A stretch of DNA of 63,602 nt, counting the filler, from Dicyema japonicum (lineage: Eukaryota; Animalia; Dicyemida): NCBI GenBank assembly GCA_011109175.1. It is 9 parts of 9 records of this genome, joined end to end, with 100 filler letters (N's around TTAATTAATTAA, not from the genome) between each part and the next. Parts side by side here need not be neighbours in the genome. Positions count along the whole stretch, not along the records: positions 7,379 to 20,369 come from RDEW01000219.1; positions 20,470 to 26,157 come from RDEW01000051.1; 7 more parts are not named here. One strand, given 5' to 3'. Shown piece by piece: positions 9,535 to 21,904 of this stretch. Position 1 is the stretch's first letter. The number at the start of each line of letters is the position of its first letter. A program made the position numbers and the translations under genes. The notes under the pieces were generated by a model that was given only the letters and a program-made list of their open reading frames with translations, was not told where the DNA came from and searched no databases.

Positions 9535-12059
9535 GTCTATACGATGCGCAATCATGGTATTTTAGTAAGGAAAGCGAAAGTACTGGGAAAATGCGAGCGA
9601 CGTGAATAGTGACCCAACACGGTATTCTTTAGGAATGTCTTATATGGCGCCATTTTGGAGAGAAGCAAGGGAACCACGTGACTAGGTCAATTTCTGTCAT
9701 AACAGACTAACGATTGATTATTATTATTTCCCCTCTGTGTTAAAAGAAAAAGCATGTCCTAGTTAACTAAGTGATCCCAGATCGACAAGGGTAAGTTGTA
9801 ACCGGCGGGGAACTGTTCTTTATATTAATCTTTTTTTATTTCGGGTTGTTTTAAGGTATTTGATAAAAGTTTTGTAGAGAGAGCTGTTTGGTAACTTGGC
9901 CGATTTCACGATTTTTTGTTGTCAAATAGAAGAGTCGAATTAGGGCTGATGATTTTGTTGCGGCTTGCTAGATTATGGTACACGTAGGTCAATACCTGAG
10001 ACGTGTCTTCGATTCCATGTTGCATTTCACTTAGCCACGTCTTCTGGTTAGGAAGTAGAGCGACCCAAGTTTTATTCGGTTGAATATCCACGTCTAAAAT
10101 CAGTTTTGGAAGTATTTTCCTGAGAGTCAAACGCCCTGCTTATTTCGACTAATATCAGGACAGATCTTTGATCTGTTGAATCTTGAGGGAGCCAAGATGA
10201 GTAGAATGGTTCGCTCCCGAAATTTTGATAGTGGGATATTTTTTGGATATGTTCACGAATTATTTTTCAAGAATCCAAGAATAAAAACGAAATATGGAAA
10301 TTTGAAGGTAGGAGAAGGGCCCTTGGCTTCGAGTCCAGGACTATTGAGATTGGCCGTCGAACATCATTCCAGATAAACATGGTTTAGTCATTTGATCTTT
10401 TCAGCTTAATCTTCTTCAGATAAACTTGGTGATCCCTCTAAAATTTTTGTGGGATATAAAGGCGTAGTATTTCACTAAAATTTGGTTGGACATAGACTTG
10501 GTTGTGTAGTTCGGTGGTAGATCTCTTCATTGACTTAACGCTGTTCAATACCTTCTACATAGAGGGGTTTCTAATGAGGACTTTGGATAGCTTCCCCCAA
10601 TGTTTCAGCAATCGTATTTGATTTATNGAATTGAAGTCATTCGTAAGCAAAACCTGACCATAGAGACTGATGAGAAAATTAGCGGGGAGTGGGAGGACCT
10701 AGATCAGCTGATGAAGACCGTGTTCGACCTTATTGAACAATCAAGATTAAAAGGAAAGAAGGAAACATATTTATGAGAAAAGACAAGAGATGTTGACTCT
10801 TTTAAGGAATATTGAAAATTCCATGCATGGATATTAAGGACTCTTGACGTATATCAAAGAAATGAGGGATTATCAACACTTGGTCCGTTTGGAATACTCT
10901 GTGATTAAATCAAGGAATAAAAAACACAGCGAAACTTTGTTTCCGTAGCTTAACATTACTTAAATGGCATAATATCAGCCATTGTCAAATTTTCGAAAAA
11001 TAGTTACCTAATTGACAAAGTACAATCGCAACAACGAGATAAAGGCGAAAAATGTATCTTGGAAAAGAAATTTGCTAAGTCTCGGTTTCGTAAATTTCTG
11101 ATGTGGATAAATCTGTATGCTTCGCGAAAAACGGAATAAATGAGAAAGTGATTGCTTTCTGTGAAAATAAGGACAATTTGGTGGTATCTCTGTTAATAAT
11201 ATCGGGATGCGGAACAATATATAAATAACATGATAGAGATCAATTCTGCTCAAATCAATGAGCTTGGCGCTTTTGTTGATGAATCATTGAACAGAAAGAA
11301 CTTTGGAACGGTACAGGGTCACTAGACAGAATCGTCAAAGCCTATCGAGCTGCATATAATGAGGTTATGAAGTCCTGATGGCAAAGTGTGAGGAGAAGTT
11401 GTTGGAAGCTTTGTGTCGCGATATTAGTCCATTGGTCTACAGTCCGAGTGGTTATAATTTTTTATTGTAGATGCAACCCAGGTATATTTAATGTGAAATT
11501 TCGTAAATTAAGATACTAAATAATCAATGTTGAAAAACGAATAAAGCGTATTAATAAATTTACTATTTTCTAAGAGAACTACATAAAAACTCAGCCTGGA
11601 AAATGAAAGTATTATCATTTATTAACAAATCGAGGCCCAAATTAATCAAGTTCTTCCTATCTTTTGAAGACAATTTATGAATGATAACTGTTTCTAAAAC
11701 CACAATTTAACGTGTCTTTCCTGTAGTAGACTCACTAAAAAAATCCACAATGGTTTTAGCACTGACACATTTCTTCTCAACTATAAACATGAATGGAAAA
11801 TTCACAGTGATTATAAGATATAGAAATTTATCCTTGTCTCGGGAAGTTTATAGTTTCTTGGTTGGGAAGAATTGGAAGAGAATTAATGACTGTATATAAA
11901 GAAGAGATCTTAGAAAAATTATATCAAAGGTAGAAAGAAAAAAGCAACAAAGATGTTGAAGTAGCTTGAATCATTCATAATTTATGGTTTTCAAGGATTG
12001 GCTTGCTTGATTTAAAATTTAAATTTCCACCTTTTTTCTCAATGGATTAATTTATTTAA

Positions 12060-13720
12060 CAATAAAATATTTTTTAATTATGGGGAAGAGCGGCTGCTGG
12101 CATTACGAAGTATGCGTTTCCGCGGACATTTGCAATCCCAATTCGTTGTTTCAGCCAGACCGCTTCCCGCACATCTACTTTGCGGTGGGCCAATTTCCCC
12201 CCGATTTCCTTCAGGAAAGAGGCTGTAATACTTTCGGCGGCACCAGACGTCTCGATTGCCACCGATACAAAACGGTAGCGGTCTCCAATTTCGGCATATT
12301 TTTAATCTTGATTTTCTCGGCCAGATCGGCTTCCAATCCAACAGACTGCGCCGAGCTGAGTATCATCGAGTTCGAGAAAGAATCCACAACAGTGCAGTCC
12401 TATACGAGCAATTTTCCATCAGTGAACAGAAAGATAGTTAACCCATCCGGTCTCTTCCCGTCTCTGCGGTCCAATCCCACGGGCTCCAGTAGTTCCGAGA
12501 AGCCTGCAACTTCAAGAGCACGCATGACAATGTTGTTCATAGCAGCGTGGGGGGTGCTTTGCCCGCACTCTTTTTGCACGAAAGCGGATGCAGCCCTTTG
12601 GCATCTACGATCCTTCCACAACGACATTGGTGTTCGACGCAAACATCAACTCCCAGGCGATGTGCGATCCCAAACCGAATACACTCATCGTCCAAAAGGG
12701 TACCCAGGGAGGAACGGGAGTGCATCCAGCCACGCTCCGCTCCAATTGTTGGCGGCGGACACGAGGCATGCAAGACGATGCTGGTTGGCCTCAGAATTTA
12801 GCACGTCGAAGACATTCTTGGAGTAGATCTCATTCCAGTTCGGCGTTCCAAACCAGTTTCACACCATTCGCGACGAGTTTCGTCGAAGACTTCTTTCCAA
12901 AAAAGTCCGGTTGGAAAACGTAGGATATCTTGGACCAAAAAGCTTCCACTTGAAAGCGATGACACATATGCTGGAAAGGCGATCTCCAGCGCCGACCTGA
13001 GACCCGTACCTCAGAGGCGTGTAGTAAGCTTGCATTGATTCAAACTCGGCACGTCAAAGTGGATGTTTAGAAGCAATTCAGCTGATTTTCTCAATGCCCT
13101 ATCCAGTGACAGGAGGATGTCACGATGTTTGAAGCAGGGAGAACATCGGAGAGCATATAGGAATTTGGGCAAGCTGATGCTATTCTTCAAAAGAAAGAAA
13201 GCTGTATAGCATCGAGTAAGTTTGTTGTAAGGGACAGTGGCATGCTGCAAGGTGATTTTTTGGACAGAAAGACGAGCAAACCCACACATTGGGTCAAGCT
13301 GGACTTTTCTGCAATGCTTACAATTTACTGAGAAGGGATCAAATTTTCGAAACTACAAGCAAACAAGTCCCGGAACTTATTCCACTTGTCTACCTCGCTT
13401 ACGGATCCAATTCTTTACTGGTTTTTGGGGACAAGATTATTTGTTTGGAGACTGGAGTCAAACAAATGGACCCACTTGGTCCACTTCTCTTCGCCCTGGT
13501 CATCGATAAAATTGTACCCTCTATCAACACAGAACTAAACCTCTAGTATATTGATGATGCCGTGGAGAAAAGTTCACGACGTTCTGTCACAGGCCGTTCC
13601 GGCACTACGAAACCGCGGATTGAGATAAATATAAAGAAATTCGAGTTAATAAATATCACTAGGTTTTCCGTTATAACCCGGTAGAAAAACACTGAGATTA
13701 GACTTTTAGATATTCTGAGA
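12060..13720 (-). mobile_element. CRE-clade (restriction-like endonuclease) non-LTR retrotransposon, 5'-truncated with an inverted 5' segment
   Basis: Minus strand: LLKNSISLPKFLYALRCSPC, zinc knuckle HQCRCGRIVDAKGLHPLSC, EPVGLDRRDGKRPDG, AIETSG...QRIGIANVRGNA. Plus strand about 13275-13700: RT motifs VKLDF.NAYN, GVKQMDPLGPLLF, YIDD, IEINIKKFEL. Confidence 0.85.
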
Positions 13721-14342
13721 TCCATGGAGAAAACACAGGAACAGTTTGTGGAAATTTGTATTCTACTGTGGTGTGACTACTGCCATATAATCTGCGATGT
13801 GGGGCAAAGCAGGCCATGAAATTAATGAAAAAAGTATCCTTCGATAGACATGATATTGGAAAACTTAGATAAAACGGTAACTACATGATTTTATAGTAGA
13901 AATACCTGATTCCTGAGAACTGGGCGTACAAGGAAGCTAAGAAGGTATGCAACCGACAGTGAGTGAATTGTCTTCGATTAATGTTAGAGATGAATTATTT
14001 TTAGAAATTCGAGTGGTCCTCTGTGGCTGAGCCTGATTTGACGCAGTTTTTGGTGGACGAGAAGGGAGTTATGTGAAGATTGGGTGATATGTTGTAAGGA
14101 GAAATTGAGATCTTGTGTTATGAGAATGAAGAAGCTACAGCCGATGAAATGACCAATAATGATTTATTCGTTCTTAGAATATGTTGGAATTAAGAGGAAA
14201 TCCAGAGTGGATGTTAGAAAGAAAAAAAATAATTTAATTGATTTTTTGATCATTTTGTCTCTATCGATTCTATTTTGTTACGTAATAAATTATATAACAT
14301 TTAATTTATAATAAATTGCATAAATTAACTTAACTGTTGTTA

Positions 14343-14823
14343 ATGTCGAAAGCAAATAAGAATACAAAAACATATAAAGTCAAAGAAATTGTCGATTCCA
14401 AAATCGATGAAAATGGCGAAAAAAGATATCTCATTAATTGGGCTGGCTATTCATCGTAAAAAATATTATTTTTATTGAAGCAATAAAAACACATGGGAAC
14501 GGATATGCAATATAAAATGCAAAAATTTAATAGATAAATTCGAATCGGAAATTCAAAATTGGTCATAATATTGTTATATTATAGTAAAATCATGAAAGCT
14601 AATGATAAAAATGGAGAAAATTTCAAATTATGTTTTGGAGTCAATCGAATATTTGATCGAGAAGATGAAGTTATCAGATTTAAAGTTAAATTGTATTGTG
14701 GTTTGTTATTTTAAAAGACAAAACTCTAAGAAAATTCAAATTGTTTCTTTCGATTACGCAAGATATGCATGGCCACAAGATTTAATTAATTATTTAATCT
14801 CTTGTGGAAATTGGGAAAAATAA
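14343..14823 (+). CDS. HP1: Heterochromatin protein 1 (chromo + chromo-shadow), 135 aa
   Basis: Introns 14456-14480, 14562-14584 and 14693-14717 give an open 408-nt CDS. Chromodomain YKVKEIVD...YLINWAGYSSNKNTWE...CKNLIDKFE; shadow domain FKVKLQNSKKIQIVSFDYARYAWPQDLINYL...W. Confidence 0.88.
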
Positions 14824-14999
14824 ATTTGGTTATTGTTGATTTTGGTTTAATTTCTAACTTTGGCAAGAGGCCAGGCGGATTGACAGAAAATCATTGGTCT
14901 GGGATGTAACCTGTGTGGATACCGATCTTTGTTAAAGTGCTTGAGATGTCTTGAGTGGTTAGTTTTGTGTCACCATCGCCTCTGAATTATTATTTCATC

Positions 15000-15600
15000 T
15001 CTCCTTTTTACCATCCAACTGAATATCATCGAAACTACCGCGAGCTCTTCCACATTGTGGTTAATCAGTTCCACTTTGTAGTTAAGTAGGATTAACTTTT
15101 CATCACACGCCTTAGTACATGTTTATGGTAAATTACTAAGCTTCTTAATACGAATGTTTGAATGCAAGTACTTATTGATTCTTTTATTGATACATTATCC
15201 GTATATTTCCTGAAAAAACTTTTTGACAACTCCGTCCCAGATCATCATCAGTGGAATAACCCTTACTTTTGACATGTGAAGAGGCGAGAACTAGATGTTT
15301 CATCACCAGATGAGAAGCGTTTCATCCATCATGTAGACATTTTCAATAAACCATATTAATTTTCCGACAAAAACTGGATAAAAATTATCGAAGCTAAAAG
15401 CATTAAGTCTAGCCTCTCCGATGATGTCGAATTTGTTCCCCTTGCTATGGAGTCTTTTTACTCCCCCTCTACACTCGAGTTTTTCTGACGTCTTAGAGAC
15501 TGGATCACCTAAAGCACTGGAGATCTCAGCGAACGCCGCTGGCTGCTTGAGCGAATTTCGATCGCAATCCTGAGATGAACAGTTTCGCAGTGAGGGTGCC
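15000..15600 (-). mobile_element. 3' fragment of an R4/Dong-like REL-type non-LTR element
   Basis: C-terminal motif KVIPLMMIWDGVVKKFFRKY...CIQTFVLRSL. Confidence 0.55.
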
Positions 15601-15956
15601 AACTAACTAACTTGTGTTTTGTTATCTAGCTTCTCTATACGAGGATTGATAACTTTTTCGATTCGGAAGGAAATGAAGATATATGGGAGATATTTAGTTA
15701 GTTAGTTAAGTTCACTTCCGTGTTACTCTTAAGCATATGAATACTATGGTTCCGCTTGTGCTGCGTCTTCTCTATCCGTTCTACAAGTTATTTCCATGTA
15801 ACTTTCCTCTAGCACATCTAAGTTCATAGAAGTTGTCCACAGTCTTCTTGCGTTGAAGATAGACAGACTGAGTACGATAAGGCATAAACATTATTAGAGG
15901 AGTGTCACGTACTCAGCCAACATGGGAGAGATCTAGTTAAATTAATTTTTTGTTTT

Positions 15957-16275
15957 AGTAATAGTGTGACGGTTACGGGCAAGAGGCTTGAAGGTCGCCA
16001 GTTTAATCCCGATACTGTACATTTCGTTGAAGGTTCCACGCATCAATCTGCTTCGGCTTGACGATTAACGCCTGACGCATCAGTGAAGATTTCACTGCAG
16101 AACCTGATCGTCTATGATGGACATATACCCAAGAAAAAGAAAAACAAAAAAGTGAAAGCATTCCTTGGTTCTACCTCATCGATTAGCTATGTAACTGTTC
16201 TTTCCTTGAATAAAGTGAGTGTTCTGCCTAAGGGCGATAGCTGATATGGCCTCCTCTGAAAAATGCGATAGTGCA
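15957..16275 (+). mobile_element. tRNA-derived SINE copy S1 (head type 1 + shared core + RTE-like tail)
   Basis: tRNA-like head with a degenerate B box; core GAAGGTTCCACGCATC...CAGTGAAGATTTCACTG; homologous to 62230-62537 (head and core) and 37308-37612 (core and tail). Confidence 0.8.
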
Positions 16276-17339
16276 TATTTTGAACAATTTTATTATTAAT
16301 AAAGTTGCTTCTGAAAAAAGAAAATTTAGGCTAATTTCATTATGAATCAGCCAAATTTGATTTAATAGTCAGCATTTGCCAAAATTATTCGGAAATTAAT
16401 AAAAATGTCTAGAAGCTACAAAAGGTTAAGCTGAAACCAGTGTAGCAAGGGGGTTTAGTAAAATGAAATGAAAATTTCAAAGACCACGGTAAAGCCCAAA
16501 TAACAAATCAATCGAGGCGTTGCTATCATTTGATCTTGCGTTACGTCTTCCCTCAACCATAATTAAGGTACTTTCCTTTAATCACATGAATTTCTTTTCG
16601 GCTGTTAATACCTACAGGCCTGGCTAGTCTCATTTGGTATGTTAAAAGTGAACGTGGATCAAAATTTTCGACATCTTTTGGATCCAAGTTTTAAATTTGA
16701 ATATTTATACATTACCACTGGAGATGACTCCACAGAACCACAAAAGTGTTACAATCAATGCGAGTGTGCTGATTTATGAGACCTAACAAGATCATTGAAT
16801 TACTTTCCGGACACATGCCTTGATTCCCGACAGAAGAAACAACTTTTATGATGAAACTAAAACTGAATTTTATTTCAACAGTGAACAGGTTGTGTTTCGA
16901 ATATATTATGCATTTCTACCAACGTAGGGCTGAAGAATAAGCTCAAATTTCAGAATTCATCTGTTAAAAGGAACAAATTTTCCGAGAAAGTGGCTAAAGA
17001 AAATAGATTTTCAGAGGCATATAAGATAAGTCTGGTCAATGTTGTTTTTTTAATTTTAGTTAATAGAAGTTAAATCAATCAATAGGAACGATCCATAAAG
17101 CACGTGACTTCTGAAAAGGTTGATATAAAAGACTACAAAGGCTCTACGGTTTCTCACAATCGGTTATTCTTAGGAACCTCAAGACTGTTATCAATTCATA
17201 ACATAATCAGTAAATGCAAGATTGTCGACCTTAAAACAACACGGTTATTCAAACTATGTGAACAAAAAAATCACCGAATTTGGAAAAATAGAAAAGAAAG
17301 TATCATGTAGATTATTAATTCTAGATGATTCTAAATAAT

Positions 17340-17500
17340 GTTATGTAATGTTATCCAAATTAAGTCGTGTCCAACCCTTGGGGATCTCATGAGCCAATTT
17401 TCTCCACTCTCCCTGATCCGTCGCAATTTAGAGTAGCCTTGATATAGGCATTCCCGTGACGTTTTCTACCGTGGATAGCAAGTCCTCGTCGACCAGGTCT
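17340..17500 (-). mobile_element. 3' end of an RTE (BovB-like) LINE
   Basis: Reverse complement closely matches 32590-32735, including the short ACATA-type tandem tail. Confidence 0.8.
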
Positions 17501-18260
17501 TCTTTTCCCAGTAATATTGCTCAGCTGAATAATAATAATGCAAATTATTTAAACTCGAATATACACGAAGATTATCTCAGTATGATTAATTCTTGATTGA
17601 TTTGAAATCAGAGTCCGAGGTTTCCAAAACAAGATACTTGGTTAATTATCTGTATTGAAGAAACACGTGTTGGATGATAGTATGTTGAAATCAACTTTTA
17701 ACGACAATAAACCAAGGACATGGCAAAGACAAAGAAAGATTTCTAAAACAATCAAAATCAAATTTTATTGATTAAAGTGCTCTTTGGTAGCTATCCAATC
17801 ATTCTCTTGGGAGGAATTCTGTCGAGTCTCCAGGTGGTATTTGTCAAAATCACCAAGGTCACCAAATTTAGACCCGTAAGAACGGAACCACGTTTCATAG
17901 TTTTCCTTCGACCTCTATCAGAGTCCAAAAAACACCGATAGAAGCTGAAAGAACATAAACTACTGAAAGCCTCATAATTGCCACAAAGAACCCCAAATAG
18001 AGTCGCTTCGTAGTTTTATATCGTTTTCTGCCGTTAATACCGAGTCTTATCAGCTGTGACATTTTCCTACAGCATTATTTCCAAGTATCTAAGTCAGATG
18101 TTTCCAGAAGCAAACACACAGGAAGCCTCAGCATATTTCTACAATTAAAATTAACTATATTCATTAAGGGCTAGAAAAAAGTCAGCGAATAACCTAAAGC
18201 TGACAAACTACAGCCAGATAATATAGTTCTATCAGGAATTGTAATTTATTTACGACAATA

Positions 18261-18465
18261 AGGGAAATCAGCGCAATGTTACTAGTGCCGGACCGATATC
18301 TTCCGGTTCGAATTCCGCTGCTGTCCATTTGGTCCAAAGAAGTGAAAAAAATTCCTTTTTTCTCCTCATCGATTAGTTATGATAACTGTTCATTGCACAA
18401 AATAAAATGTGTTCTGCCTGGGAGAGCAATAGCTAACATGACTCCTCGTAAAGTGCTGGTAATTG
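18261..18465 (+). mobile_element. tRNA-derived SINE copy S2 (head type 3, core deleted, shared tail)
   Basis: CAGCG/CGCTG and CCGGA/TCCGG stems; B box GGTTCGAATTCC at 18305; tail CTCATCGATTAGTTATGATAACTGTTC...GTGTTCTGCCT homologous to S1 and S3. Confidence 0.65.
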
Positions 18466-18993
18466 AGCTACTTAAAGGTCGAGGAAATAGGAAATTAGAT
18501 AAACCAGATTTACTTAAAGTTATTGCTTTCACAGTAAGTAAAAGAATAATTTCACTAGTATTTGTAATTTATGCCAATAAGGTAAATCATTCAAGGGTGG
18601 CCTATACAGCTAAAATGAGATCAAAACTGACAATTTGAGTAGCTGCAAATAGTATTAATCATGTGAAATTAGAAATTGGCACCGTTGCTTCTTCTATTCG
18701 ACCACTCCTAACCTACTGGAACAATATTTTGGCTAATATCGCTTCTGATAATTTTAAATCGTCCGAAGAGGAGAAAAAGTCCTTCAGGTCTCGAACTCTA
18801 ATTAATGACCAGTTAAGTTTTGGCGCCAATAAAGATTAATATTTATTCAGTCATGATATCCCAGCTGCAATTCTTATTATAAATACGGAATCTCCCGCAA
18901 ACACCAAAATGAATGACGCTGTATCATGTGTATTTGGATGAGCACATTCGGCCAATTTGGTGATAAATAAGGTTGATTTAAATATTTAAATAG

Positions 18994-19302
18994 TTGGGTG
19001 ACTTTTTCTCTGATTATTTTCGTTCTTATGTTTCCCAGTGGATAAAAAACAGTTTAATGGTCTCCGAAAAATTTTTTCAAACCGACGGGGAATACAAAAG
19101 TCCTTTATTTAGCAGCAAAACGGATATTTTCAACTTAAAAGCAAAATTATACTACAGTGACTACTCAATCTGGTGTAACGAGATCAATTTACTAAATAAT
19201 TTCATGTTTCGGTTTTACTCGCTGTCAACTGAAGCCTACACATTTTTGAGAAATATTTTTAATGACCATAGCTGTCGGTTCCAAAATTCTAATGCTCAAT
19301 AG
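18994..19302 (+). pseudogene. Possible P-element/THAP9-like transposase fragment
   Basis: Only RFYSLSTEAYTFLRNIF, which resembles the L.F.SP.AY..LR motif; weak. Confidence 0.25.
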
Positions 19303-20241
19303 ATGTCGGCCATATCTACTCTCTTTGCCCCGCACTGAACTACAACAATGAAGGTACTCTCGCTTTTTGGTGCTATGTGAAATTATGCAACTCAGTTTAC
19401 TTAAATCAATAGGTTCTTTCCAACAACAACAAAAATATATTAACCAGAGTTGGGAGTTATCTAGAGATTATTACATCTGAGTCCTATCTCAATTCTTGGA
19501 CTCCATACCTGAATCCTCCTTTTTAAATATCTCAGAGGTTTCTCACAATTTATGTGTCTCCTGGATCTAAAATCTCCTCATGAAACTGTACCAGCTAATT
19601 GGTACTTGCATCTCGTCTTCCTGTGGATTAGATAGCCTCTCAGTTTCTTGTTTAAAAAGAACGCAGGCAACTTGGCTGCATAGTCAACTGGTCAACTCTG
19701 TGTGTAAAATTTCATAAATGTTTTTCCTTTTTACACTTTATATAAAGATTTTGATCATGTCATCAAAAATCTGAGTGATTTTCTGAGTTTCACTAAAGAA
19801 TGCAGTAAGTGATGGAGATTGTATATATTTATTATGACAGAATGACAATGTTTCATAACTTCTCTGATTTTAAGGGAGATTCACCTTATTTGGAAGTCAC
19901 CGTTTCCTAATACGAATGCAAAATATATCTTCTTTATGATTAGGGCTGCTTTTTTTCAATCAGATTGAAATTTCTGTTGTTTCTCTATTCACTTTAGAAA
20001 AATTTGCGGAACAAATTTTGTCACCAGTAAAATCAACTTTGTCCTTCAAATTTGAATTTGATTAATGTTTTGAGTTATTTAACTGTGTAATCCTCAGAGA
20101 CAATAAGTATGAGAATACTACCATCAACAGGAAAATTGATTCATTAGTTTAGTTTACTTTTATTTTATACTACAAGGATGGTGGAGACAGACAGTTTGAA
20201 TTTTTTTAGAATGTTGAGTAAGACAATGGTTATTAATTATA

Positions 20242-20370
20242 CAGTAAACCCCCATCAATCCGAACTTCAATAATCCGAATTTTTTGATGAGTCAGCATAA
20301 TTCTACTAAGTTTTAATACAAACAGGCTTCAATAAACTGAAACTTCATAATTCGCAATCCGAAAGACATN
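20242..20370 (+). mobile_element. pogo/Tigger-like element end
   Basis: TA|CAGTAAACCCCCATCAATCCGAAC terminus; truncated by a spacer. Confidence 0.6.
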
Positions 20371-20469
20371 NNNNNNNNNNNNNNNNNNNNNNNNNNNNNN
20401 NNNNNNNNNNNNNTTAATTAATTAANNNNNNNNNNNNNNNNNNNNNNNNNNNNNNNNNNNNNNNNNNNN

Positions 20470-21370
20470 TTCGTAATGCGGAATACACTCACTGAAATCA
20501 ATAGACTGATGAACCTATGGAAAAGATTCATAGTTTCCTCTAGGGGACTAATCACACCGGGGACTTCAAACATCATTTCGATTTCCTCATTTATTTTCGG
20601 GGCTTCCTCGACCAACTGGCGATGAGTAAACAACTGCAGTTTCGACTCCGTGTTCTTTATCACCGTCGTAGCCAAGTTTATATTCTCGTGGACGCAGTTA
20701 CTGGATTCTGATAGAAATTAGAGTCATTTACTTTCTAGTTCCAGAAGTTTCTTCTGCTGTAGAATCTCAAGTCTCTCCATATTTTTGGAAAACATACTCC
20801 TCATATCTTTCAGCTGCTGGACTTTGACATTCTTTATTTGCTCCACTTGGTGAGCCTTAGTAAACAAAAAATCAAAAAATTTGTCACTCTGCTTCTCCAA
20901 TAAATCAACCTTCTCCGTCAAAAAAACGAGATTAGCCTTTATCCCCTTTCTGATTTCCGAATAAACGTCCACGAGAGGTTTAAATTCATGCTTGGAGTGC
21001 TCATCGGACCAAAGGGCACAGTGGTTACAGATCGGGGAGGAAAATGTGTTGCAATATATCTTCCGTTTTTTCCCATGAACAGTACAACTAAATATATTAC
21101 AAGATTTTACGTTTCCGGGGAATCTTTAGGAATATCATGAGTGCTGTTCCACTGTCCAATAACGTCACCAGCCCAGCGACAAGAGACAAGATCATCCATC
21201 GAAAGAAGACTGCGGCAATGGGGACAAGATTTTTGACAATTTTCTATCCATCTCTTTACACACTCAAAACAGCACATTTTAGAGCAATGTGGACAGAGGA
21301 CAGCATTTGCTAAGTTATTCATGCAAATGCAGCAATTAAATATCTCCGGAATTGCTTGATTCGAGAACAT
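20470..21370 (-). CDS. TRIM37: TRIM37-like RING/B-box/coiled-coil E3 ligase, 3'-truncated by the scaffold end
   Basis: RING CCICMNNLANAVLCPHCSKMCCFECVKRWI...CPHCRSLL...LVSCRWA; intron 21088-21110; B-box CTVHGKKRKIYC...ICNHCALWSDEHSKHEFKPL; coiled coil; intron 20708-20731. Confidence 0.8.
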
Positions 21371-21904
21371 TTAGTATCACACAAATGTTGTTTCTGCTTA
21401 GTGATATAATTTATTTATTTGATATAATATCATTAAATATTTAATAAAATTTTTAACTTTATTTTTCTTTATTGATTATTACTACATTTACGTTGGTAGG
21501 TAGTGACGTATCTACTGGTAATGCCTCAAAAACACTATGGACTAAAGAATTTCATATGCGAAACTGGATGAAGACTATGGGGAATACAGATTTCTGTTAC
21601 GGGGACCGGACTGTATGCACCATGGGATGAGCTTTTCTTTCCTCAAAGCATTACAATCGAAAAGTATCGGAAAATCAGACACGATTTGCATAATTCAGAT
21701 ATTGATTATCCATAAATTATCGACGATATTTACTGTTTATGCTCTCACGGTGGGTATAACCGAAAAATTTATATGAAATTGACCTGTCATACACTGTCTC
21801 CGACTCTCATGGATGACTTATGTTATTATTGCAGGGGATTGGAACTCAAAAAATACAAATGAATATAATGAAAGGAGTGAAAGAGATTGAATAGAAAAAA
21901 AGTA

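Noticed and set aside
9640-9700. GGCGCCATTTT (YY1-like) and CACGTGAC (E-box) promoter-like motifs
   Set aside because: No identifiable downstream gene; short motifs can occur by chance in a repeat-derived region.
12080-12826. 248-aa plus-strand ORF
   Set aside because: Antisense shadow of the GC-richer CRE retrotransposon; no recognisable motif.
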